Shown here: one piece after another, positions 49,262 through 61,000 of the stretch | How positions within the stretch are numbered: the stretch's first letter is position 1 | Layout: each line of letters opens with the position of its first letter | Assembly: GCA_010405405.1 (NCBI GenBank) | Contig: MU004240.1 | Location: 882,316-946,315 of the forward strand | DNA length: 64,000 nt | Reading direction: 5' to 3' | From: Microthyrium microscopicum | Lineage: Eukaryota | Made by a program: the position numbers and the translations under genes | The notes under the pieces: generated by a model | Seen by the model: only the letters and a program-made list of their open reading frames with translations | Database searches by the model: none | Told to the model about the DNA's origin: nothing

Positions 49262-52198
49262 CTACGCTACGTATATCCGTATAAACTTGTTTTGGTTCTC
49301 CGAGGGCATCTGGGAGATGAACTGGTCAAAAGTAGGCATGAGAGTCTTGTACTGTAGGACGATCTATATCAGGGTGAGATTTTGATGTGAAACAGAGCTT
49401 GGTCACAACTTACTGCTTTTGCCAACATTTGTTGCTTATCCGTCCAAATTGGCTTGACTGTTGTTGGCTCAGGTATTGTTGAAAGCTCAACAAATAGTTC
49501 CAGTAGACAAGATTCCATAGCCTGAGGATTGAGTGAGACCATTAGCAACAGGCCCTGTAGAGCATCGACCTTTTCTTCAGTCCACGCAATTGATCTGAGT
49601 GCTTTGAGGAAATGGGGAGCAATTTGTCCTAGATGCGGAGCAAGTTGATCTGAACACCCGAGTCCCAGTCTTCCAAGGGCGATGGCGGCATTTTCGCTGA
49701 GCGATTCAGGCACTTTGTCATTAAACAATATCATGGCCAGCTTTTCAAGCAATCCATCAACATATGGTCGCATCTCCTCCTTCTGTCGAACGCAGATCTC
49801 TCCAAGTGACCAGCAGGCGTTGTTAACCACTGAGTACTTGGTTTCTTCGCCATCATACTGCACTTGATTCATATCCAGTTGAGGTATTAACACTCCCAGC
49901 ATTTCCGGGAGATAAGGACGCAGTTGCTCAAAGACATAAACAGCTGAGTCTCCAAGCAATGCATAGCCAGATTGGCGCACGTCGTTACTGTCATCTTTCA
50001 TGCAATAAACTAGCATCTCAAACATGTTCGGTTGAGAGGAAAGAACCAAGATGGCGCTTTTGTCGCTAGGCAGTGCTTGTAGAATCGCACTGAGAAGATC
50101 TAGACTGGTGATTAAGAAGTCCTTTTCTGGAATGTCGAAGCCGGGATTTTGAGACGCTTGAAGAGCATCTTCTAGGTTCTGGTAGATGATTTTGATACAT
50201 CTCCCAAAGATGGGTTCTGCGAAAGGCTCAAACCTGTCTCCAAGTGCGCTTGCGACGTAAGATAGACATTCAAGCAAAGGAAACATCTCCCTTGACTGGT
50301 CTTGGACCTTGTTCCAGCGGTTTATGAGTGCTGGCATCAATGTGTTTACTAAATCTGGCTCGGAGAGTTCTGGCCCTACGTGTTCGGCCAGTGTTTGGAC
50401 GCAGTCGTACAATATAAACATGTTGCGATCCTTATACTTGGCAAAGCAGTTGACAAATTGGCGAATTATGACTGAACAATATGGTTTCAACTGGCTCGTA
50501 GCCTTCTCCTCGAGGTTAGCGAAGGCAGAAGCTGCGGATTCCTGGACCTTCTTGTTGCTATCCAGCATCCGTTGTAAGATTCCATCCATCATGGGCTCAA
50601 AGAATTGTTGGCGACCAGCATCGTCAAGCTGGGAGGCCCATCCTGAGTATCGACCAAGGGTCCAGCACGTTATTTGTCGGACGACCGGCTCTTTGTCTTG
50701 GAGTAGTGTGAGAAGGTAATGTGTCAAATCCGGAAGATGAGGCTGCACGGCATCCATACAACCATCAGCAATCGCTCCTAATGCAAGTACAGCAGCCTCT
50801 CTGTATGGCCAATCTTCATGAACGAGGTGCTGCTTGAAGTAAGGCAGCGTGACCTCAAATACTGGATCATGAAAGTATGATGCAAACACGTCCAGAGCAG
50901 CGGCAGAACATTTTCTTAGAGTCCAGCTATCCTCACCATCTTCATCGTCAAAGGGATCGTCGTCATCGTCTGAAACTTCGCCTTCGCTCATTTCTCCAGG
51001 GTCCGTTGCTCCATTTGCGCCGGATTCCTGTTCCTGGCCATTCGATGCTCCTGCGCCTTTGGTCGGCTTAGCAGTAGCAAAGGTCGGTTTGATGTCTTCT
51101 GCTCGATCATCCTCGTCGGCATTATCGTAGTCGGATTCCAATCGCAGTTGCTCTTCTTCATTGTACACCATGCTTTCTAGCAATACTGGGACAATACTCG
51201 CCAGATATGGCCGTAGATGCGGAACGATTCTCTCGTCTTCACCCAAGCATATCCAGAACTCAGCAGCATCCAAAGCCAATTCATCATCTTGAGTGTTTTT
51301 CTGCTGGGTGAGCGTGTAGTTAACAAGACCTTCGAGGTTCGGGATGATGCTCTCCGGACTTATTTCTGCTACATGAAGTAACGAGCGGCAAACTTGTTTT
51401 CGTACTTCGTTGCTTTGATCCATGGCCAGACTGAACAGTATTGAGAGCAATTGGGCTAATGAGGCCATTGCAATCGGGTGTTTTTCGGGTAAGAAGACGT
51501 TGATACATGACAAGGCGGTGGCTCGAACTTTCGGAATTGGACTCGTCGTAAGCGCTAAGAGCTTTGGGTATATGAAGCCTAGGGGTCGTTCGCCGTTGTA
51601 CTCTCTATCCAACGCCCGCTTGTTGTCTTCGCAAATCTTTAGCAGTGCCCCTATGCTTCCTTCTTGGGTCTGCTGGGAAAATGTGCCATCTTTATTGTCC
51701 AATAGCGTGAAAAGATCGGAAAGAAGATGAGGCCAGGCCAGAATTCCACCTTGCCGAACCACTTCTGTAATGACACTGCCCGAATAGTTGCGAATTTGTG
51801 GAGAAGAGTCCTGTAGGCCTTGAATTATTACACTTCGGATATATTGCTTGCTTGCGTCTGGTATTGTTTTGTAGTCCGACTTGATGGTGTTCTTGAGAGT
51901 GATTGCAGCTGCGCTTCGAGCTATATCATAGGAATCTCGCGGAAGTGTTATAGCGGCAGGTTGGTTCGATGCGGCCAGCAGGTAGGTAAGGTAATTTGTG
52001 AAGTCGGGCGAAGCCTTCGCATGCTTCAACATCTAGAAGTAGACCTCAATCAGTATGGCGTTCACTGATTATGAACCAGCCCGTATATGATCTTACTATT
52101 TCGGCATTTTTCTGGGCAGTCTTGTCCTGTCCGCTCAACGAATCCTTGAGATATTGCGCGAGCTGGCGCAAAGGCTCGTCGGAAGGTTGCCAGGCCAT
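49262..52198 (-). CDS. KAP104: Transportin-1 / importin beta-2 (karyopherin)
   Basis: Exons 52198-52097, 52032-49414, 49363-49262. MAWQP start, acidic H8 loop, WTLRKCSAAALD, REAAVLALGAIADGC, DSNKKVQESAASAFA and VVNNACWSLGEI. Confidence 0.95.
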
Positions 52199-52699
52199 AT
52201 TGGATGGCTCCTAACGAGTGATCAGGCGGCAGCTAGGTGCGCGCAAAGGAAGAGAAACGCAGTTGTGGAGGTGGGCAATTGGATCTTTTAGGTATGAGAT
52301 GGAAGGTAGCTTTTTGGAATGTAGTTGGCGTTCAGACGTCAGGTCTGGCGTGCACGCACTACAGCTGGGGTTGGAGGGGTATGAAGGAAGGAGCGATCAA
52401 GATGGCAATAATCCGTGACACGTGTTTGTGAAATAAACGGAAGGAGCTTGTGGTGATGGGAAGGTGCGTTGGAAGGAAGATGAAAATTGAAGCAAAAGCA
52501 CTACAGTACCAATGAGCAGCAGTTTATAGCAGCAGAAGTTGGCAGCAAGTTTGATCAGAGTGCTGCTGAAACTTTCGCTGCCTTGCACTCTGGCCTATTA
52601 GCAAAAGCGGGTGTGAGGGGCACTGGCCTGGGAACCATAAGGGGCCATATATAATATCGGAATCAAGCCTTGCTATTCTAGACACAGACACAACCTTTT

Positions 52700-53518
52700 T
52701 GTGGGACTTTGATGAATTTTTTGGGGGGAATTATAGCCTCGATCAGCTTGAACCTGAGCTCTCGTACTCATCAGAGTCATGAGATTCCGGGACGCAGCGA
52801 TTTAGGCTCGCTAAAACGCCTCTCTATAGGCTTAGCAGGTTTAGACTCTAGAACCCTTAAAGTTCCTAAACCTAAATTACTTCCTATAGAGAGCCTAAAT
52901 TAGAAGAAAGTATAATACTACTAAGCTATTTAGAGAACCTAAATTATATTACTAATAATTAATTCTATTATAATTCTACTAACTTTTTATAACCTATTTT
53001 AAAATACTTAGTATATATTAATTAACTTTAGTATATATATTTATAATTAAAGATACTCTATATAATTCTAATATAGTTTATATAAACTTAAAATATAAAG
53101 AATATAAGTATATTATTAAAGCAAACTTTAATTTTCTAATAAAGGTAGCTAACTATAGCTACCTAGTAAATAAAAGAATTTCTTTATAATTCTTCTAAAT
53201 AAAGCTAAAAGATACTAAAGACTAACGAACAATAAGGTAGAATTCTACTAGAATTCTTTATTAATGCTTATAAGCATTATAAAAGATAGTAGCTAAGTAA
53301 GAGCGTAACTAGTCTTTATTACTATTTTTATTATAGCTAAAATTCTAACCTAATTCTAACTCTTCTAAAACGTTTAAGTAACTAAAATTACTTAATAAGT
53401 TACTTAATAAGTTATCTTCTTTATTAACTATACGCTCTTTATCTAAGAAAAAAGTAGAATTATTATTATAAGCTATTATAGATATAAGTAATTATAGTAG
53501 AATTATAGAAAAAGATAT
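52700..53518. mobile_element. Unclassified RIP-degraded repeat relic at the edge of the AT-rich block
   Basis: Gradual switch to TpA-rich, CpA/TpG-poor sequence, interrupted at 53519 by an LTR start. No domain recognised. Confidence 0.5.
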
Positions 53519-56500
53519 TGTAAGGATTCCTTACTAAAGTATAATAGCTTTAGTATTAAGCTAGATCTTAAATAAAGATCTAGCGGCGCTAGTCCTAATT
53601 AGGACTAGCGTCCCTAAGGATCTTCTAAGCATTACCCTCTTCTTCCTTTAGCGTAGATTCTACTCTACTTCTCTCTCTTCCTTTATACGCTAAATTATTA
53701 AATATTATCTACCCTTTGCTTAATTACGTACCTATTAAATCTTTATATAATCTAGCGTACCTATTAAACCTAAAAATCAACTTTAAAATTATTTATACAT
53801 TTATCTTTAGGGATTAGCGCTCTTAGATTTTAGGACCTATACTTAAGAGATAGCTTACGCGCGTTCTTACTTATAAACTCCTTAATATAGTTAGGTAGCA
53901 TATCTTTACTACCTTCTAAAAAATACTAATTAATTGTCTTTAATAAGGTATTTAACGTAAACACCTAGATCTTATAATAGTCTAAGCTCTTAGAACCTCT
54001 CTACTTAGCTATATAGAACCTTTATCCTTCTACCTCTCTTTATACTACTAACCTACATTTTAATTACCCTTAATTTATTAACTTATCCATCCCTAGTAAT
54101 TAAGAAATTATCTAATTGTTATTACTCGTTATTACTTCTACGTAACTACTTATTAATAAAACTATAGACCCTTTTAAAGAGTTTTCTCCCTTAGCGCCTT
54201 TAGGCCTTAACGTAACTACTTACTCTTAATTATAGTTTATATCTTCTTAACGCTAAGATGAAATAGTTCTAGGCTCTTCTTATAGCTACTATACGTTAGT
54301 TATTAGCTACTATTAGGATTAAGATCCTAAAGGCTTATTTATAAAGAAAGTAGTAATAAATATATAAGACTCTATATAAGCTACTATTTAGACCTCTTAA
54401 TAAGAAAAGAGTAAGCGCTAGCTATTATATACTAATTCTAATAAAGATAATAATCTCTTACTCTCTAACTTATCTACTTATAGCTAAGTAAACTAGAAGC
54501 TAATCTTATTACCTATTTAGTACATATTTAGTAGTAAACTCTTATAACTAATTAAAACTATAGCGTTTACTACGCTCTTAGTAGAACTAATTACTCTAGT
54601 AATACCTTTAGCTTTTTATAAGAACGTATAAGAAGCAAAAAAAGGAAAGATATTTAAAGGAATCTATTCTACTATATTAGTCTAGTTATAAGAAATATAG
54701 CTCTAAAATAATAGTTATAAGGAGGTCCCTTTAGCTTTCTAAAATAATTACCTAGTAGTTAATAATATAGTACGTATTATATTCTTTTAAGTCTTCTAAG
54801 GCCCTCTCTAGATATAAGTTTATAAAGATCTAAAAGTAGCTATACTAGAAGGTTTCTTAAACTTATTACTACTATTTTATCGTTAAGAACTTAATCTTAT
54901 TACTAAGGTATTTAAAGATTACTATCTAATTTATAATACTTAAGAGCTAAAGTAAGAAGTTATATAGAAAGATTCTTAACTTTTATTTAATTAAATTTAC
55001 GCTACCTTAGTTATAAACTAAGCTATAGTAGTATACTACTAATTTTACTATAATAAATTATAAAAGAGTAATATCTAAAATGCTAAGTTTTTAAAGGAGA
55101 TCTAAGATCTTACGAATAAGGTAAATAACCTAAAAAGCTTTATAGTTAACTATAAGGTAGAAGTAGATAAGCTCTTCTTAAAAGTTAAAGGACTTTAGAT
55201 TAGTATAATTAATTATTATAAACTTATTTCTAATTATTATTAACTATAGCATAATATTTAGGTAATAGAAAACTATACTACTTTTATAAAAATAGAGTTA
55301 GTATATTATATAAAATAACTCTAAGAATATTATAAGTAGATATAACTTTAGAATACTACTATTATAAACCTTAATACTAAAAATAAATCCCTTACTTAAC
55401 GTCTTTATACTATAAAGTAGTAAATATAAGATCTTCTAATCTTTATAAAACTTTATAATATACTAGCTTTTATACGCCTAAGAGATAAAGAAGATGCTAA
55501 ATTACTTAGTAATATACTATATTAACTTATAGTTACTTAACTTAACCTAGTATAAATATATTTTATATTACCTTTCTTAGAAGTAGAGTCTAATTCCTTA
55601 AATAACATTACTCTATATATTAGTTAATCTTATTATATAGTTAAATAGTATAATAGTAAGGATAAGAGTAAATACTATTAGTAGAAAGATTAAGTATTAA
55701 ACGTTCTAGAAGAAGATACTTAGTTTTACTTAACTAATAAGAAGAAGATTTAGTTTATTCGTAATAATCTAGATAATTTAATATAGTCTCTAATATTATA
55801 TTACTTAGGCTACAATTCTATAAGCTTCTACCTTATTGTTAATAATATATAGAAGGACCTAGACGCTTATAATAAAGTAATAAATAAATATAATATTATA
55901 AAGTAGTAGTTCTACTTAGTAGACGCTAAAATAAAGACTATAAAGGACCTAACGAAATTCTTAGGCTACTTTTTAAAGAAAACTAAGAACGTAGACTTAA
56001 AGGATTATAATAAAGTTATAGAACTATGCTTACTTCTCTTAGGACAATTTATTTGCCCTCTAATAGAACGTAATATTAAAACCTACCTAGAACTCTATAT
56101 ATATCTATATAATATAGAATAAGACCTAAACTTCCTAAAGCAGAATAATAATAATAATTCTAATACTAATAACTCTAATAGTAGTAGTGCTAATAATAAT
56201 AACTTAACTAATAATTTAGGGAACTAGAATAAAGGCGCCTATAATAATAATAGCTAGAATAGTAGTAAATATCTATACTACCTAAATAATGTCTTTCTAG
56301 CTTTATAAGTATAAAATAGGTGCTCTAAATATAGTAAAAAAGGTTATACCTTAGGATAAAAGGATACTCTTTATAGATAGAAGACCTACTTAATAGATAA
56401 TAAAATTTAACTAAAAGTTTTAGTAATACTTACTACTATAGTAAATGCTTTCTAGGTAAAAATACTTAGCGTATATTTATATAAGTATTTAAACTAAATA

Positions 56501-58044
56501 CTCTACCTTACTAACGTAAGGAGGAGCTAAACCTATAAAAAGTATATAATTAGCAAAAGAAGTAAGAATTAGGCTAGATTTAAGATAAGATTTAGGAGCT
56601 AGAAACCTAGTAAGCAAATCTAAACCTACTATTAGTAGTATGCTACGTTATTTAACTATCCTTAGTAGTAATTAATCTAGGATAGCTACTACTAAATAAC
56701 GTTAACTACGTACCTTTTATAGAGCTATAATAGATAATAGTTAAAAGCATACTAATTCTAGAAGCTAATACTTTTAAGAAGTATAACGTACTAATTAATA
56801 TTAGTAGTAGCGTACTTAGAATTATCTATACTTACTTTATTAAATAATATAATATACTAAAAATATAACTTAACTAATTACGCTTAGTAGAGCTTATAAA
56901 TAGAAAGACTATTATTAAAATTAATAAAGCTATACTAGTTACTATACGTATTAGAAGTTATATTAAATAGATATACTATTTTGTAATAAAAGCAGCTACT
57001 TATAATCTTATTCTTAGTAACCCTTAGATCTAGCTTTATAAGGTATACCTAAGAGAAGGTAAGAAAACTATTACGTTTAACTCTTATTATTACTTTTATA
57101 ATTATATTCTAATACGTTATCTTATTAAAGTTAATACTTAAGGACAATATAACTTTATTACGAAACCTCTAGAAAATAAAGAAGTAGTAGTAGTATCTAT
57201 ATACGTTATAATAATACTTATAAAGCGCAAAGGTTAAATAGTAGAAGTTCTCTATTCTAAGGACTTTGCTAAGCCTAAAGATAAAAAGTTACTAGATAGC
57301 TCTTTACTAAAGAACTTTTTAATAGAGAAGAAGAAGCTATTTAACCTCTTAGGAATATTAGACCTAATCTTCTTTATAGATAATATAGCAATTAATCTAT
57401 CTACTATCTTAGAATATAATTTTAAGAAGTAGCAAGAAAAGCATAAGCGTCCTTATCTTACTTATAAAGAACTTTATAAAATAATTCTAGAGGAATTTTA
57501 TTACTATCTTAAAGTCTTTAATCTATAGAAAGTAAATAAATTACTACCTTACTACCTAGGTTTTAATTATTCTATTAATCTTATACTAAACGTTACTATA
57601 CTAAAATAATATAGTACTAGTATAAACCTAAAATAAAATATTATTATTAAATAGTATCTAGAAGGTCTATTAGGAAAAGGCTTTATACGCTCTTCTAAAT
57701 TATACTTTATAGTACTAATATTATACGTATATAAACTAGGTAAAGGTATTTAAGTCTATATTAATTATTAAGGTCTTAATAAAATCTCTTATAAGAATAA
57801 GAATATATTACTATTACTTCCTAATACTTTAGTAAAGCTATATTAAGTATAGTACTATAGTAAATTTAACGTCATTATAGCCTATAAGTAAATATAGGTT
57901 AAATCTAGGGATAAATATAAAATAGCCTTCTCTATATAATATAGTTTCTATAAGTTTATTATTATATCTTTTAGATTAACTAGCACTCCTAGTACCTTTT
58001 AAGTATATATTAACTACGTCTTAATAAAGTATCTTAACGACTTT
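53519..58044 (+). mobile_element. RIP-inactivated Ty3/gypsy LTR retrotransposon A (5' part, interrupted in RT)
   Basis: Probable LTR 53519-~53747 (TGTAAGGATT...AATCTTTATA, read as RIP-mutated AATCCTTACA). RIP-reverted protease end Y(D)LIL(G)NP(W) at 57001; RT KGFIRSS...(R)V(C)I(D)Y(R)GLN near 57676-57780 and (MP)F(G)LT...YL(D)DF up to 58044. Confidence 0.85.
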
Positions 58045-61000
58045 TGTCACGGACCCCTATAGACTCGCTATAGAGGCATAGGTATCTTGCTACCTCTTTA
58101 CTCTCTCTACTCTTACAATACGCTATAGAAAGGCTTTTTGCTAGTAAACTACTAAGTTAATATAAATAGTACCTACTCTCTATTATAATAAGATAAAGCT
58201 AAATAGAGCTAAGGATAAGAAGAAGAAGTAGCCTTACTAAAAAGAAGATAGAGAGGAGTATAAGTAAAGAAGTAGACTTAATCTCTAGAGAGATTAAGTA
58301 TTAGTTTTATCTTAATACTAGTTCTTAGAATCTATTTCCCTTACTTTAAACTATCCTTTATAATTCTAATACTTCTCAACGTACTATATAGTAGTAAGCT
58401 TAATAGATTCTTATAATAATAAGGAGTATAAGGAACTTTAATAGAAGCTAAAATAAAAGCAAAGATAAAAATAAAGACCTAAATAATAACTTAGATAATA
58501 ACTTAGATAATAACTTAAGTTAATATAATAACCTACTACTACTAATAGACTTAGAAGCTACTTTAGCTATCCTTTATATAATAATAGCTTAAATTAATGA
58601 ATAAGAATAAGCACACGTAGCTAAGATATAATAGCTCTATAATAAGATTATAGCCTTATTATAAGCCTCTTAATAGAATCCTCCTCCTCCTTCTTAACTA
58701 AGAGAATTAAAACCTACTAACCTTATAGTCCTTTAATATAAAACTTAATAAGAACTTATTAACTAGACTATAAGAGTAGAAAATGCTTTCTATTTAGTAC
58801 CTTCTTAATTCGCTATATAAGAAAACTATATTAGATAAGCTAGCTAGTTTATAAGTCTTAACCTATAAACTTAATAGAACCTAAAGAAGAAGAAGATTAA
58901 GCTACTAACTTAAACTTAGGAAAAGTTTATAGAATAGCTCTAATATTAATACGCTTACCTTACTATAGCTAAACTTTTAGTTACTAAGAAACTTAAAAAA
59001 GCTAAGTAGCGTTCTACCTAGACTCTTATAGAGTTTAATACCTACTTAGACTTACTAGAAACCTAACTTAGTATTAATATGACTTACGAAAGAGATAAAT
59101 AATACTTAAAATTCCTTACTAAGCTAACCTTAGAACTATAGAAATAGATTAAACTAATAGAGTATATCCTAATTACTAGACTAGATATAGTTAATACTAT
59201 TAAATACTTTTAGTAAATTACCTATAAGCGCTTATAAGAAGATCTATTAGGTAACGTTAATTCTTAACCTCTATAATTAAATTATAATCTATAAGATAGC
59301 TAAGATAAATAATAGAGGCGTAAAGGTCGTATAAGGTATATACTATTAAATTACTTACTAGTAAGTATAAAGCCTAAAAAAGATAGCAAGATATATAAGG
59401 GAATTACCTATTATAATTATAACCTATTTAGATATTATATAAATAAGTATAATAAGCTTCTAAGAGGCCTTTAGGTTACCTAAAGGCAAGGAAGTTTCTT
59501 AAAATATAGAAGCTAAAGGAGGAACCTAAATACTATTCTTCTCTTATTAAGATCTAGAATTAACCTAAAAAAAGAGTAAGTATTATAGGGGTTAAGAACC
59601 CTATCCTTATAATACTAGATTAAACTATAGAGGTATAGATTTAGATAATAACTAATCTTCCTCTTACTATAAAAGATTAATCTATAAACGTTCTCTTAGA
59701 TACTAGTAGTTAAATTAATATTATTAATAAATAATTTACGTAATACTATAGCCTTAAGAAAGTAACTATAGAAAGTATTTAAGTTATAGGTTTTACTAAT
59801 AATATAATAGAAAGCAAATATTATAGTATATATTAGCTATATTTTTATTATAAAGACTTCTCTAGTATCTATAAGAATATTAAATACTATTTCTTCTCTT
59901 TTAATTAGACTAAATATATCTACCTTATAGTATAGGGAACCTCTCTATAAGAGAAATATAATATTTCTATCTACCTAAGGTAGAAGAAGTAGCTATTTAG
60001 AAAAGAGAAGCTAAAATACGAGATTATAGACTAGAATATATTTAAGAAAAAGCTATAAGAATATAGTAAAATATTTAAACTAACTATAAAATTTAATAAG
60101 TACCTATACTTAAATAGTAGAAAGGTAGAGATCTCTAGTATTAGCTTTAAGCTAAGCTTATAGGCAGATATTAATCTAAAAAATAAACTACTATAAGAGC
60201 TATAGAATTTAGCCTCTTAAGTTAAGGCTAGAGATAAAAATAAACCTATCTCTAAAGGTATTAAATATACTATTAAGATAACTATAGATCCTCCTTTTAG
60301 ACCTATCTATAACTTATTAGTAATAAAATTTAAGATACTATAAGAATACCTTAAGTTAGCTCTTATAAAAGGCTAAATCTAGGAATTAACTAGCCTAGCT
60401 AGAGTACCTATACTCTTTATACCTAAGAAGAATAAAGGATTACGACTTTATATAGACTACTACTTACTTAATATAGTTACTATTAAAAACTATTACCTAT
60501 TTCCTTTAATAAGTAAGATATTAGATTAACTTAGTAGAGTAGTATACTATACTAAGATAAACCTTAAGAATACCTATACCTAAATACTTATTAGAAAATA
60601 AGATTAATAAAAGATAGTATTTTATACCTAATATAGATACTATAAATACTAAGTTATACCTTTTAGACTTACTAATACCTTAGTTATATTCTAAGCCTAT
60701 ATTTATAAAGCATTAGTAGAACTCTTAAATATTATTTATATTATCTACCTTAATAATATCCTTATCTTCTTTAAAATATATAAGGATTATATTTATAATA
60801 TATATACTATATTAGAATACCTACTAGCTACTAAGCTTTATACTAATCCTAAAAAGTATTAATTCTTTACTAACGAGGTAGAATTCCTTAGTTTTATAGT
60901 CTCTATAAAAAGAGTAAAAATAGATCTTAGTTAAGTTAAGTTTATTACGAAATAGCTAGAGCCTAGGAGCTATAATAATATATAAGTATTTATTAGCTTT

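Noticed and set aside
52811..52826. AAAACGCCTCTCTA shared with the pogo sub-terminal region near 10747
   Set aside because: A match of this length is expected by chance in 64 kb and does not extend.
58482..58519. 12-bp tandem repeat ATAATAACTTAG
   Set aside because: An ordinary short repeat in the retrotransposon leader with no spacers, so not CRISPR-like.
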